From IMG/VR virus record IMGVR_UViG_3300045988_105923: a stretch of 50,563 nucleotides of DNA; one strand, given 5' to 3'. The position numbers were made by a program, and so were the translations under genes. Within the stretch, counting starts at the first letter, position 1, and each line of letters starts with the position of its first letter. Source of the DNA: a virus. Positions 32,567-42,322 of the stretch are shown piece by piece. Below the pieces are notes generated by a model, which saw nothing but the letters and a program-made list of their open reading frames with translations, had not been told where the DNA came from and did no database searches.

Positions 32567-35146
32567 ATGTCTGCTGACGGTTCTATCGTCATTGAGACCA
32601 ATATTGATGATAAAAACGCTCAGAAAGAACTTAATCGCCTTAATAGGCAGATCAAATCTTTGGAAGAACAGCTTGCCGCAAAAAAACATGGCAGGATTCC
32701 GCTTGAAAACAGCCTTAACTCAGTCAACACAAAGCTAGAAGAGGCTAGAAAACGACTTGCAACACTGCAGGATGAGCAAAGTGCCATCAATGTTTCAATG
32801 CAGCCTGGCGTGTCAGCGGATGACTTTATGCGCTCATACGCAGATAAACCCATAGTTGACGCTGCGTTGAAACAGCAACAGGCCGAGGTCAATGCGCTTG
32901 AAAAAGAATGGAAACAGGCCAACAGTGCTCTATCAACCTATGATTCCAAAGTTTCCAGTTTGGAAGGAAAACTAAACCGGACGAAGAAAGAAGCCGGCAA
33001 CATCCAGCAGAACATGGCAAAAGCTGGCCCTGCTTCTGAAAAAATGGCAAAATCTGTTGATCATGCGCAGAAAAGTGCAGCCAAATTTTCCATGCGTCTA
33101 CGTGAAGTTATCAGGAGCGCGCTTGTTTTCACGATTATCACACAGGCGCTTGCAAAGTTCCGGGAGTGGATGAGCAAGGTCATTAAGACGAATGACGAAG
33201 CAAGGGCTTCCATCGCAAGACTGAAAGGCGCCCTTTTGACACTGGCCCAGCCGTTTATTGACGTGATTATACCAGCATTTGCTAAGTTTGTCGATATACT
33301 GGCTCAGATTATTTCAATGGCGGCACGGTTTACTGCGGCCATTTTTGGGACTACCGCAGACAAGGCGGCGGATTCCGCTGAAAGCCTGTATGAGGAAACA
33401 GAAGCCATTGAGGGAACTGGAGAGGCGGCGGAGGAAGCGGAAAAATCTCTGGCGTCTTTCGATGAAATCAATCAGCTTTCAGGTGGGAGCAAAAAAGCGG
33501 CTGATCAAGATCAGGAGATTGTTCCAGATTTTTCCGCAATCAATCAAAACAGCGGATGGTTACAGCAAGTCATGGAAAGCGTATCTGCGTGGGTCCCGAT
33601 CGCATTAATGCTTGGAGGAATTGCGCTTATCGCAATCGGCGCATCAATGGGCAGTTTGCTTCTTGTTATTGCCGGCTTGTTATTGCTTGGAACTGGGATT
33701 GCATTTTCGGAGGAAAATGAACAACTCCAATCTTGGGTAGATGCGCTTGGACTTAACAGTGTGCAGGAATTTGTAGTAATTGCTGTTATCCTTGGAGGAA
33801 TTGTGATGGTAGCAATCGGAGCTGCTACAGCAAATATACTTTTAGTCATAGCGGGACTGGTTTTAATTGGTGTAGCCGTTGTGTATGCGGCACAGAGCGG
33901 TATGATGCAAGATTGGGCAGAAACCCTCGGGCTTTCGAGAGCGGCTCAGTTTATAACTGCAGCACTGCTAATTGCAGGATTTGCGCTCGTCTGTATCGGG
34001 GCAGGACTCGGTAATATTCTAATGGTGATATCCGGAATCGCTTTATTTGCAACTGGAATTTATGTAGGAATCGAAAGCGGGACGATGAAATCATGGGCAG
34101 AAACCCTTGGACTTAATTCAGCATTTGAGTATGTAGCAGCTGCAATTCAAATCGCAGGGATTGCGTTGATTTGCATCGGAGCAGCGATGGGTAACATCTT
34201 TATGGTTGTCGCAGGAGGAGTTTTACTTGCTGCAGGTATCACGGCAGAGTTAATTGGGGAGCAAACATTGATGGCGTGGTGGGAGAAATTAAACCTAACG
34301 ACTGTTGTCCAGTGGATATCTGTTGTCATACTTTTAGCCGGAATTGTAATGGTAGCTGTTGCGGCGGCTACAGCAAATATTCCATTATTAATTGCTGGTA
34401 CAATTATTCTTGGGCTTGGAATCGTTGCCTCAGTAAATGATGGACATTTGCAGGATTGGGTCGAAACGTTGGGTCTTGAAAAAGTCATGGGATATGTAAC
34501 CACTGCGGTTTTGCTCGCCGGTATTGGACTTGTAGCGATAGGCCTTATGACACAGAGCATACCAATGTTTCTCGGCGGACTTGCTTTGCTTGTAGCAGGT
34601 ATGGTTATTGGAAACGAAAGTGGAACATTTCCAAGCTGGGTTGAATCCCTACACCTCGAAGAAGTGGCAGGATGGGTATCTACAGCACTTTTACTTGCTG
34701 GCATAGCCCTAATTGCCATCGGTGCCATGACATTGAATCCAGTCATGTTGCTAGCCGGTATTGCCCTTCTTGGCGGTGGTGCGGTTCTAAAGTTAGGAAG
34801 CAACGGAACAACAAGTAGTGGAAGAAGCGGCGGCTTTAGTGGCAGAGTGTCCGCTCCCCGCCTCGCCCTGGAGGATGTCCCCGCCCTGGCTCGTGGGGCC
34901 GTCATCCCGCCCAACCGGGAGTTCCTTGCCGTGCTGGGCGACCAGAAACGCGGTACGAACATTGAGGCCCCCACATCGGAGATCGAGGCGGCAGTCGTGC
35001 GTGGCATTCAGAGAAGTGGGATGAACGGAGGAAGCGGAGATCATACCGTCATCCTTCAGATCGGAGAGCAAGAGATGGGACGAGTGATGTACAGGCTAAA
35101 CAACCAGCAGACGCAGAGAATCGGTGTGCGTCTTTCGGAGGGATAA
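32567..35146 (+). CDS. Tape measure protein
   Basis: It is the longest tail-module ORF, with an N-terminal coiled coil and a central hydrophobic repeat array, in the expected position. Confidence 0.9.
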   Translation: MSADGSIVIETNIDDKNAQKELNRLNRQIKSLEEQLAAKKHGRIPLENSLNSVNTKLEEARKRLATLQDEQSAINVSMQPGVSADDFMRSYADKPIVDAALKQQQAEVNALEKEWKQANSALSTYDSKVSSLEGKLNRTKKEAGNIQQNMAKAGPASEKMAKSVDHAQKSAAKFSMRLREVIRSALVFTIITQALAKFREWMSKVIKTNDEARASIARLKGALLTLAQPFIDVIIPAFAKFVDILAQIISMAARFTAAIFGTTADKAADSAESLYEETEAIEGTGEAAEEAEKSLASFDEINQLSGGSKKAADQDQEIVPDFSAINQNSGWLQQVMESVSAWVPIALMLGGIALIAIGASMGSLLLVIAGLLLLGTGIAFSEENEQLQSWVDALGLNSVQEFVVIAVILGGIVMVAIGAATANILLVIAGLVLIGVAVVYAAQSGMMQDWAETLGLSRAAQFITAALLIAGFALVCIGAGLGNILMVISGIALFATGIYVGIESGTMKSWAETLGLNSAFEYVAAAIQIAGIALICIGAAMGNIFMVVAGGVLLAAGITAELIGEQTLMAWWEKLNLTTVVQWISVVILLAGIVMVAVAAATANIPLLIAGTIILGLGIVASVNDGHLQDWVETLGLEKVMGYVTTAVLLAGIGLVAIGLMTQSIPMFLGGLALLVAGMVIGNESGTFPSWVESLHLEEVAGWVSTALLLAGIALIAIGAMTLNPVMLLAGIALLGGGAVLKLGSNGTTSSGRSGGFSGRVSAPRLALEDVPALARGAVIPPNREFLAVLGDQKRGTNIEAPTSEIEAAVVRGIQRSGMNGGSGDHTVILQIGEQEMGRVMYRLNNQQTQRIGVRLSEG
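33557..34810 (+). repeat. About seven in-frame tandem repeats of 180 nt (60 aa, two TM helices each) inside the tape measure gene
   Basis: The W-x-E-(T/K/S)-L-(G/N/H)-L anchor codons recur at 33734, 33914, 34094, 34277, 34457 and 34637, a period of 180-183 nt. Confidence 0.8.
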
Positions 35147-35542
35147 ATGAGCTACATCAAACTGAATGGCGTGGAATTTGATGCTGATGTTGCAATTTCC
35201 GCTTACAACAGAAATTTTAATGTACTGGATGGCCCTAACGCAGGGCGAGTTTTGGCCGGGAAAATGATCCGGGATATAATCGGGACATATCTTGGACATA
35301 AGATTACTGTATTCAGACGTGGGGATGATTACGCCGGCTTAGATGAGTTCTGGGAATATCTGTATCAGCATTCTATCGATGATTCCGTATTACTAGAGGC
35401 TGCGGACGGGCAGAAAACTATCAGTTACCAGGCCTATTACACCAGTGCATCACAGGATATTGAGAAGGTTGAAAAGGGCGTGAATTTTTGGGGTGAAATC
35501 GAAGTGAATTTCATTCCTATTGACGCACAGCTAAAGAGATGA
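35147..35542 (+). CDS. Putative distal tail protein-like component
   Basis: It lies directly after the tape measure gene. It is short (131 aa) for a Dit protein. Confidence 0.45.
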   Translation: MSYIKLNGVEFDADVAISAYNRNFNVLDGPNAGRVLAGKMIRDIIGTYLGHKITVFRRGDDYAGLDEFWEYLYQHSIDDSVLLEAADGQKTISYQAYYTSASQDIEKVEKGVNFWGEIEVNFIPIDAQLKR

Positions 35543-35555
35543 AGGGGGTTCTGGT

Positions 35556-37817
35556 ATGGGACGAAGCAAGATTGAATACGAGGGCTGGGTGTTTACTGGG
35601 TCAGAAATCAGGTCCGGAAAAATCTATTCCACAATTTCCCTATTGCAGTCCGAACTTGAACCGAATTCGTTCGAAGCAGAGGTAGAGTGTACTGACTCGT
35701 CCATCCTGTCTTTCCAGAGGAACGCGCCGCTAAGATATTATAATGACGATATACTGACCGGCATTTTCTATGTCCAATCGATCAAGCGCACATCTGCATC
35801 GACATATACGATTGAAGCAGATTCTGCAATCGGTATTCTGGCAGAAGGTCAGCACTATGGAGGCATTTATACAGGCGAAACCGTGGAAGAAATTCTCCCG
35901 AGTATTTGTGGCAGCGTACCATATATTTTGCATTTCTCTTTCGCTAAAATCGCACTTTATGGGTGGCTTCCGATCGCAACACCGAGAGACAACTTAGCAC
36001 AAGTATTGTTTGCAATCGGAGCAACAGTTAAGACAGACAGGAAAGGCATTTTAAGGATTGAATCCCTTTGGGATGGCATCAGCGGAAATGTTGGGAAAGA
36101 CAAACTATTTGAGGGGCCAAAAGCATCGCATAGTTCTAAAGTAACGCGCGTTGCAGTAACTGAGCATCAATACGTACAAGGTACAGAAGAAGCAGATTTG
36201 TTTGAAGGCGCTACGCAATCAGGGGATATAATTACTTTTTCAGAACCAATGCACAGTTTGACCGCCTCTGGCTTTACTATTCTGGAAAGCGGCGCAAATT
36301 ATGCGAAGGTATCTTCTGGAACGGGTACATTAAAAGGAAAAAAATATATCCATAACACAAGACAAATTTCCAGGAATATAGAGGATGGAAGAAGCCAAGA
36401 AACAGAGAATGTAAAATCTGTAACAGAAGCGACTCTGGTTTCCCTTGTAAATTCAAGTGCTGTAGCCAATAGACTCAAGAATTATTATACATGTTCAGAG
36501 ACTATTGATGGAGACATTGTGCTTGGGCAGCTATCTCCAGGTGATGTTGTAACTGCTTATCATCCGTATGATGAAGTAAATGTACAGGCATGTATTGAGA
36601 GCCTTGATATTACAGTATCAGGGACGCTACGGGCAAAATCTAAACAACTTGTCGGCTACCGTCCACTCCAAATTGAGCAAACAGTTATTTATGATGAACA
36701 TGAACTGCTGACCGGAAGCGGTGAATGGGACGTTCCGGAAGGTGTATCTGAGGTACGAATAGTGCTGATCTCTGGAGGACAAGCTGGATATAATGGACAA
36801 TCTGGCGAGAAAGGCACAGCGGGCGGGAATATTGTGCGCAGAGACAACGATTATCAAACAACGAATGTTCAAGCTGGGCAAAGCGGCTCTATAAGCGCTA
36901 CGGCATCCCAATCGTACAGCGGAGGTTCGGCGGGTCAAGGCGGAGAGGGCGGTGCTTCGGGTATCGCCGGAAATGTTTTGCAAACAACTATTTCGGTAAA
37001 TCCAGGCGATAAAATATCCTATAGTTGTGGAACTGGCGGGGCATCTAATGGCGCGACTGGAGGGCAAACAACATTTGGAGATATGTCCTCTGAAAATGGC
37101 GGAATCCTTCCAGATGGATATACGGATATTGTCACCGGAATTACTTATGCGAAAGCAGGTTCGTCTGGTGGAAAAGGAGGTGCAGGTGGCTCAGTTGGGG
37201 CTTCCGGAGCTGCGGTTAATGGAGTTCCAGGAGGTTCAGGGTACTCTAGACTGAATGAGACATACCCAAGAGATGGCACTTCTTCTCAGACAACTTGGAA
37301 TGGATCTGCATCGTACAGTGACGGCGGCGCTGGTGGCGGTGGTGCAGGCGGGGCGTCTGGTAATTCAAACGGGTCCCCTGGCGGTAATGCTTCATATGGC
37401 TCATGGTCTAGAAGTGTTACACTTGATACTGGAGCAAGTTCAACATTAGGAACAAGCACAAGCGGAAGTGGAGGACGAGGCGCAAATGGGGCTCCTGGAG
37501 AAACCTACGGCTCGGCAGGTTCTGGCGGAGGCGGAGGCGGAGGAGGCGGCGCAAATGGAGATGGATCAGTTTCCGCCCAATACTCAAAGACACAGAAAAA
37601 TGTTAATACAAGCACTATATCCATTTGGGCAAGTGCTGAGGTAGCCATTTATCCCCGTAATGGTGGGGCAGGTGGGGCAGGAGGTTCAGGCGGCTCCGGA
37701 AAAGAAGGGTGCATCATTTTATACTACGGTAAGAAAACAGAAATCAAGCCCGGGAAACTCATGGATAAAAACAAAAAAACAGTTCTTGATAAAAACGGGC
37801 GGCTTATCATCGTTTAG
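35556..37817 (+). CDS. Tail tip or tail-associated protein with a C-terminal glycine-rich domain
   Basis: Its position is Tal-like. The C-terminal third is dominated by GGAGG/GSGG runs, including GGGGGGGGG. Confidence 0.7.
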   Translation: MGRSKIEYEGWVFTGSEIRSGKIYSTISLLQSELEPNSFEAEVECTDSSILSFQRNAPLRYYNDDILTGIFYVQSIKRTSASTYTIEADSAIGILAEGQHYGGIYTGETVEEILPSICGSVPYILHFSFAKIALYGWLPIATPRDNLAQVLFAIGATVKTDRKGILRIESLWDGISGNVGKDKLFEGPKASHSSKVTRVAVTEHQYVQGTEEADLFEGATQSGDIITFSEPMHSLTASGFTILESGANYAKVSSGTGTLKGKKYIHNTRQISRNIEDGRSQETENVKSVTEATLVSLVNSSAVANRLKNYYTCSETIDGDIVLGQLSPGDVVTAYHPYDEVNVQACIESLDITVSGTLRAKSKQLVGYRPLQIEQTVIYDEHELLTGSGEWDVPEGVSEVRIVLISGGQAGYNGQSGEKGTAGGNIVRRDNDYQTTNVQAGQSGSISATASQSYSGGSAGQGGEGGASGIAGNVLQTTISVNPGDKISYSCGTGGASNGATGGQTTFGDMSSENGGILPDGYTDIVTGITYAKAGSSGGKGGAGGSVGASGAAVNGVPGGSGYSRLNETYPRDGTSSQTTWNGSASYSDGGAGGGGAGGASGNSNGSPGGNASYGSWSRSVTLDTGASSTLGTSTSGSGGRGANGAPGETYGSAGSGGGGGGGGGANGDGSVSAQYSKTQKNVNTSTISIWASAEVAIYPRNGGAGGAGGSGGSGKEGCIILYYGKKTEIKPGKLMDKNKKTVLDKNGRLIIV

Positions 37818-37826
37818 GAGGACAAT

Positions 37827-37970
37827 ATGACGCAGGAAGAGTTCAATCAAATGCTCCAAATAGCTATTTCGGAAGGGCTTCCAGGCGGATATTATACAAG
37901 CAAATATTCTGGTGAGGAACAGGATGCTATGTTTGATTGGGTGAACGATCAGATGAATCCGACGGTGTGA
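37827..37970 (+). CDS. Possible 47-aa protein
   Basis: The product reads MTQEEFNQMLQIAISEGLPGGYYTSKYSGEEQDAMFDWVNDQMNPTV. A TAGGAGG RBS sits upstream. Confidence 0.4.
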   Translation: MTQEEFNQMLQIAISEGLPGGYYTSKYSGEEQDAMFDWVNDQMNPTV

Positions 37971-38021
37971 GGTGATGTTGCATGCTCTAATGGAATCGTC
38001 TTCACTGATAAAGCGTTCTTT

Positions 38022-38240
38022 ATGCTGTCTCGTATTGGCATGAAAGCCGCATACTCCGCAAGAAATTATACGGGAGTTTGGGATAGCGATGATATTTCTA
38101 GTGGAACGATCGACCCTACTAAACTATCGTTTTTCAACGACGTGGTAAATTCAAGGCTAGACATCATGGGGCCGTTAGATGGTATGTCAAATTTTGTGTG
38201 GGAAAACAGTATGACTTATAACGTTATGATGTTCTATTAA
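38022..38240 (+). CDS. Hypothetical small protein
   Basis: A 72-aa ORF in the tail operon with no clear RBS. Confidence 0.4.
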   Translation: MLSRIGMKAAYSARNYTGVWDSDDISSGTIDPTKLSFFNDVVNSRLDIMGPLDGMSNFVWENSMTYNVMMFY

Positions 38241-38301
38241 GCAGTACGGATAGAAAAATTTCTGGATAGGTTTTATAGTTTATTCCTCAAAGGAGGGCGT
38301 C

Positions 38302-38979
38302 ATGTTCCATCTACAAGCCAACAAAATATATTTGGAAGTCTGCGCAAAAGAGGGCGTGACCAGTGGTTCCGTTAATGTCTACACGGTTCGATTTTCCTTC
38401 AACTCGGATTGGGATGGCCTGGACAGGACGGCGGTATTCCACGCGGGCGACGATCAAATTTCCGTGGTGTTGGACGACTCCAACGAGTGCCAAATTCCGT
38501 GGGAGGTATTGGAAAATCCGGGACGAAACCTGTCGGTTGGCGTATATGGAACAAAGGGCGGCACAGTCGTTCTCCCCACCATCTGGGCGCAGCTGGGAGA
38601 AATTCGGGAGGGCGTGTCGCTGGGCAGCAACGCGCAGCCTCCCACGCCAGATGTGTACAGTCAGATTTTAGAAGCCGCCGAACAGGCGGAAAAGATTGCG
38701 CAGAGTGTACGGGATGACGCGGATGCCGGAAAGTTTGATGGAGAACCCGGCCCGGAGGGGCCACAGGGACCGCCCGGAGATGGAGTGCCGGAAATTACCC
38801 CAGAGGACGAAGGAAAGTTTCTGGGTGTTCTGGACGGCGCTGCGGAGTGGGTTTTGGGAGCCTCCGGTTCCGGCAATGTATCATCTCCGGAGATATCAGT
38901 GATCCGTGTGATGGACAGGCAGGAATATGAGGAGCTTCCCACAAAGAGCCCCACCACGCTCTATCTGATTCGGGGGTAG
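38302..38979 (+). CDS. Tail fibre or baseplate-associated protein with a short collagen-like G-X-Y run
   Basis: It contains GEPGPEGPQGPPGDG. Confidence 0.6.
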   Translation: MFHLQANKIYLEVCAKEGVTSGSVNVYTVRFSFNSDWDGLDRTAVFHAGDDQISVVLDDSNECQIPWEVLENPGRNLSVGVYGTKGGTVVLPTIWAQLGEIREGVSLGSNAQPPTPDVYSQILEAAEQAEKIAQSVRDDADAGKFDGEPGPEGPQGPPGDGVPEITPEDEGKFLGVLDGAAEWVLGASGSGNVSSPEISVIRVMDRQEYEELPTKSPTTLYLIRG

Positions 38980-38983
38980 CAAA

Positions 38984-39127
38984 ATGATTTATGCAGGAAC
39001 AGAGACCATAGAGACCTTGATGCTGGGAGAGATGGGGATTAAAACCATCATGGCTGGCAGCGAGAATGTTTATGAAAGGCCAGGGGCCTATGTATATATC
39101 CAACTTGACACAAAGGAGAGTCAGTAA
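38984..39127 (+). CDS. Possible 47-aa protein
   Basis: The product reads MIYAGTETIETLMLGEMGIKTIMAGSENVYERPGAYVYIQLDTKESQ and fills the gap between neighbouring genes. Confidence 0.35.
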   Translation: MIYAGTETIETLMLGEMGIKTIMAGSENVYERPGAYVYIQLDTKESQ

Positions 39128-39790
39128 ATGGCAAGCTATTTTAACCTAACTCTTGATACCACCGCACCGTCTGGCCTGACACTGCAAATCAATGATGGGG
39201 CACTGTATGCGACCAGTACAGCGGTAAAGCTGACCATTGGAGTCAGCGACGAGCAGACCACCGGCTACCAGATGAAAATCTGGGGAATTGATGGTGTCGC
39301 GGAGGAAGAGTCCGCCAGCTGGGAGACCTTTGCCACCAGCAAGAGCGTCAACCTGACTTCTGGGGATGGCCTGAAGACTGTACATATCAAGGTCCGTGAC
39401 GATGTGGGCAACGAGAGCGCCGAGGTGACGGATGATATCACTCTCAACACTACGGTTCCCGTGGTCACAGTCACCGGCCCGGACAAGAGCAAGATTTCCA
39501 AGATTGCGGGATTCAATCAGTCTGTTATCAACTTTACTTCCGATGTGGAGTTTGACGAGTACAAGGTTTGCGTGGTTCCTGCCAATTCCAGCGAGCAGGA
39601 TGCGGGCACCCTAATCCCCACCACTGGGGGCTCCATCAACACCAGCGGAAACGAGGGCAATTATCCCGCCACCACTAATATCCAGGTTACGATTAACGGA
39701 ACCGATTTGGAGAGCGCGTCCACCGGAGACGGCGTGAAGATTGTCAAGGTCTTCGTCAAGACTGCCGCAGGAATTTGGAGTGTGGCATAA
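39128..39790 (+). CDS. Ig-like-domain tail structural protein
   Basis: The beta-rich sequence carries LDTTAPS and TTVPVVTVTGPD motifs typical of bacterial Ig-like repeats. Confidence 0.6.
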   Translation: MASYFNLTLDTTAPSGLTLQINDGALYATSTAVKLTIGVSDEQTTGYQMKIWGIDGVAEEESASWETFATSKSVNLTSGDGLKTVHIKVRDDVGNESAEVTDDITLNTTVPVVTVTGPDKSKISKIAGFNQSVINFTSDVEFDEYKVCVVPANSSEQDAGTLIPTTGGSINTSGNEGNYPATTNIQVTINGTDLESASTGDGVKIVKVFVKTAAGIWSVA

Positions 39791-40164
39791 TGGCGGCCCC
39801 AAAGCTGACATTCTCTATTTCCGGAGAAAAGGTCTCCGCCGTGTCTGGCTTTGATTATATCATTGTGGCGTTTCAGTCGAATATTCCCTATCAGGCGTTT
39901 GAGTGCCGCGCTACGAAGGCTGGGGAGGAGTACGGCGTGGGGAAGGGGGCGCTGATCGCGTCCTTCTCCACCACCCCGGCGAACACACAGCGGAGTTTCG
40001 AGGTGTATGACGATTACCTTGTTCATGGAGACGGGAACTATCGAATTTCCCTCTTTGCACAGGGGGAAGACGGAAGCTGGAACGACAACTACTATTATAT
40101 TCCTGTTGGCAGCACAGCCTACATTACTGCCGATGGGGAGCCATATCTCTGCATGAGGGAGTGA
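39790..40164 (+). CDS. Tail structural hypothetical protein
   Basis: The ATG overlaps the previous stop. Confidence 0.55.
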   Translation: MAAPKLTFSISGEKVSAVSGFDYIIVAFQSNIPYQAFECRATKAGEEYGVGKGALIASFSTTPANTQRSFEVYDDYLVHGDGNYRISLFAQGEDGSWNDNYYYIPVGSTAYITADGEPYLCMRE

Positions 40165-40168
40165 TCAT

Positions 40169-41566
40169 ATGCCGACAACAGATGGATATAACGGGGCCTA
40201 CACGGGACCGGAAATTGACAAGGGAATCGCAAGAGCGAATCAGGCCGTTACGGTTCCCGGAAGCGGAACGGCTTTTATGTCCGAAACCCTCGGCTCCGGC
40301 CCGTACACGATTGAGTTTACGGAGGAGGCTGGTTCTGGGGAAAGTAGTGGAGAATCTTTCGCAATTGGAGATGTTCGCTTAACAACAAAAACCGAACTAG
40401 GTGAGAACTGGGTATTGGCAAACGGCACTATCATTTCGGCGGAAGATTATCCGAAGTATGTGGAAGAATTTCCGTTTAAGTTTGGGACATCATATAAAGA
40501 AAATCTGTTTGGAGAGACAAGTGGCCCATCTGGAAACAGTGTCTTGCAATATATCAACGGGAATTATATTTGCGTTTTTCAAAATAAAATCTACTACGCG
40601 AGCTCTCCTGATGCAAATTGGACAGAATCCGTCATTATCCCGGCGGGTTCTAGCGGGACAATCAATGATTTTCTGTTTGCGAACGGATATTATGTCGCGG
40701 CCAGCCAATTTTATGATTCAGATCATTGGGTTTCACGGGTATGGTACGCGTCTGATTTAAATGGCCCATGGAGCGCGGTGGATGTCCATCAATCAACAGG
40801 GACAGGTTCTTACGGCAGATCCGTCCAGTACATCAATGGTCAGTTTGTGCTGATGACATCGGAAACGGTCAACTCCGTAGCGAAACACTATTTTTACACC
40901 GCACAATCACCAGATGGGGCATGGGCCGCAATTCCCATGGATTTTATACCCCGGGTATGGCGGATTGTTTATGCGGAAGGCAAATACGTGCTGTGTGTAA
41001 TGCAGCAGGACGATAATTCAACTTGGCACGTTGGCCTAAAATATGCCAGCAGTTTAAATGGCCCGTGGGAGTATCAGGACGTATGTGAGAGGAAAAATAG
41101 TTATTCTCCAAACCTGTTCACATATCTAAATGGGAAATATCTTATTTTCCAAAAATACGTTGAAACGGCTGCCTCATATAATGCTATCCTCTTTTCAGAC
41201 TCTATTGGTGGAGAATGGACATTCAGTGAACTTTCGTTAAGAGACGGAACCATTAGCGCTGTTGTCTATGAAGGCGGAATGTATTATGCCGCATTCTGCG
41301 GTTTTAAAACGGTTTCAAGCAGTACAACTTATTATCTTGGTTGTGTGTTTTCAGAAGATTTGCAGAACTGGGAAATAGGGTATATTACATCGCTGGCAGG
41401 CGCAGTCTCTTCCTGCGGACTACTAGTGCATGACTATTTTCTAATATGTTCCGCACAACCTAATGCGTCGCCTGTTAATAACGGGATTAGATACTACGAT
41501 ATGAGGTTTCGGAAATTGCCGACAATCAATATTGCTGGGGTAAATACATTTATTAAAGTGGGGTGA
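40169..41566 (+). CDS. Tail fibre or receptor-binding protein with a beta-propeller-like repeat
   Basis: The N-terminus is YTGPEIDKGIARAN. At least six Y-x-(N/E/G)-G-x-(Y/F) blades follow: YINGNYI, FANGYYV, YINGQFV, YAEGKYV, YLNGKYL and YEGGMYY. Confidence 0.65.
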   Translation: MPTTDGYNGAYTGPEIDKGIARANQAVTVPGSGTAFMSETLGSGPYTIEFTEEAGSGESSGESFAIGDVRLTTKTELGENWVLANGTIISAEDYPKYVEEFPFKFGTSYKENLFGETSGPSGNSVLQYINGNYICVFQNKIYYASSPDANWTESVIIPAGSSGTINDFLFANGYYVAASQFYDSDHWVSRVWYASDLNGPWSAVDVHQSTGTGSYGRSVQYINGQFVLMTSETVNSVAKHYFYTAQSPDGAWAAIPMDFIPRVWRIVYAEGKYVLCVMQQDDNSTWHVGLKYASSLNGPWEYQDVCERKNSYSPNLFTYLNGKYLIFQKYVETAASYNAILFSDSIGGEWTFSELSLRDGTISAVVYEGGMYYAAFCGFKTVSSSTTYYLGCVFSEDLQNWEIGYITSLAGAVSSCGLLVHDYFLICSAQPNASPVNNGIRYYDMRFRKLPTINIAGVNTFIKVG

Positions 41567-41569
41567 ACA

Positions 41570-42313
41570 ATGGCAATCAAAGTAAATGGAAAGCTGGTGG
41601 CAGGGGCTGGTAAATCGGCCTATGAATCTGCCAAGGATGGCGGCTATACCGGCACAGAAGATGAATTTAATACATCGCTTGTGAATTCAGTCACCGTAGA
41701 TGGCGGGGGCGTAATGTCCATGAATGAATCCTTTGGTGCCGCCCCGTTTACCCTCACCTTCACAGAAGATGGCGAGAATGATGTAAGCGCCTCCAAGATC
41801 ACCTATGACAACACGGAGTCCGGCATGACCGCTACCAACGTACAGGATGCCATTACAGAACTGAGCACAGCGCCAAAAGGCGGCCCCGGCGTTCCGGTAG
41901 GGTCTGTATTCTGGCTGACGACACAGACAGCGCCGGAGGGGTACTTAATTTGCGATGGAAGCGCGGTCAGCCGTACAGAGTACGCGGACCTGTTTGCGGA
42001 GATTGGAACCACGTTTGGGGCGGGAGATGGAAGCACGACTTTTGCGCTTCCAAACTTGCAGGCGGCGTTTATTCGTGGTGCCGGGTCTCAGGATGGGTAC
42101 TCCGCCACGTTCGGACAGAAGCAGGAAGCGACTACTATAGAAGTCAGCAATACCGATCTACACATTCTAGCATCACCCATACAATATGTAGATAAATGGA
42201 TTTCGAAGGGTACCGAAACTGCGAACCGAGTTGATGGAACGGAACCTTCTTATGCTTATAATTCTTCTATTCGCCCCTATAACATCGCCCTAACCCCCAT
42301 CATCAAGTATTAG
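41570..42313 (+). CDS. Tail fibre protein with a phage tail collar domain
   Basis: PVGSVFWLTTQTAPEGYLICDGSAVSRTEYADLFAEIGTTFGAGDGSTTFALPNLQAAFIRG matches the collar-domain signature. Confidence 0.75.
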   Translation: MAIKVNGKLVAGAGKSAYESAKDGGYTGTEDEFNTSLVNSVTVDGGGVMSMNESFGAAPFTLTFTEDGENDVSASKITYDNTESGMTATNVQDAITELSTAPKGGPGVPVGSVFWLTTQTAPEGYLICDGSAVSRTEYADLFAEIGTTFGAGDGSTTFALPNLQAAFIRGAGSQDGYSATFGQKQEATTIEVSNTDLHILASPIQYVDKWISKGTETANRVDGTEPSYAYNSSIRPYNIALTPIIKY

Positions 42314-42322
42314 GAGGTCTCT

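Noticed and set aside
33557-34810. A regularly spaced repeat array that could be mistaken for a CRISPR array
   Set aside because: The period is 180 nt and there is no repeat/spacer alternation. The units are diverged copies of one coding module, in frame within the tape measure gene.
34147-35007. A 286-aa minus-strand ORF, plus smaller ones, inside the tape measure gene
   Set aside because: These are shadow ORFs created by GC-rich, Ala/Gly-codon repeats in the tape measure gene. They lack RBSs and their composition is not protein-like.
38363-39103. Multiple overlapping ORFs in several frames across the 38302..38979 gene
   Set aside because: They arise from the GC-rich collagen-like and Pro/Gly codon region. 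Only the 225-aa frame is continuous with a sensible N-terminal domain and fits the operon spacing.
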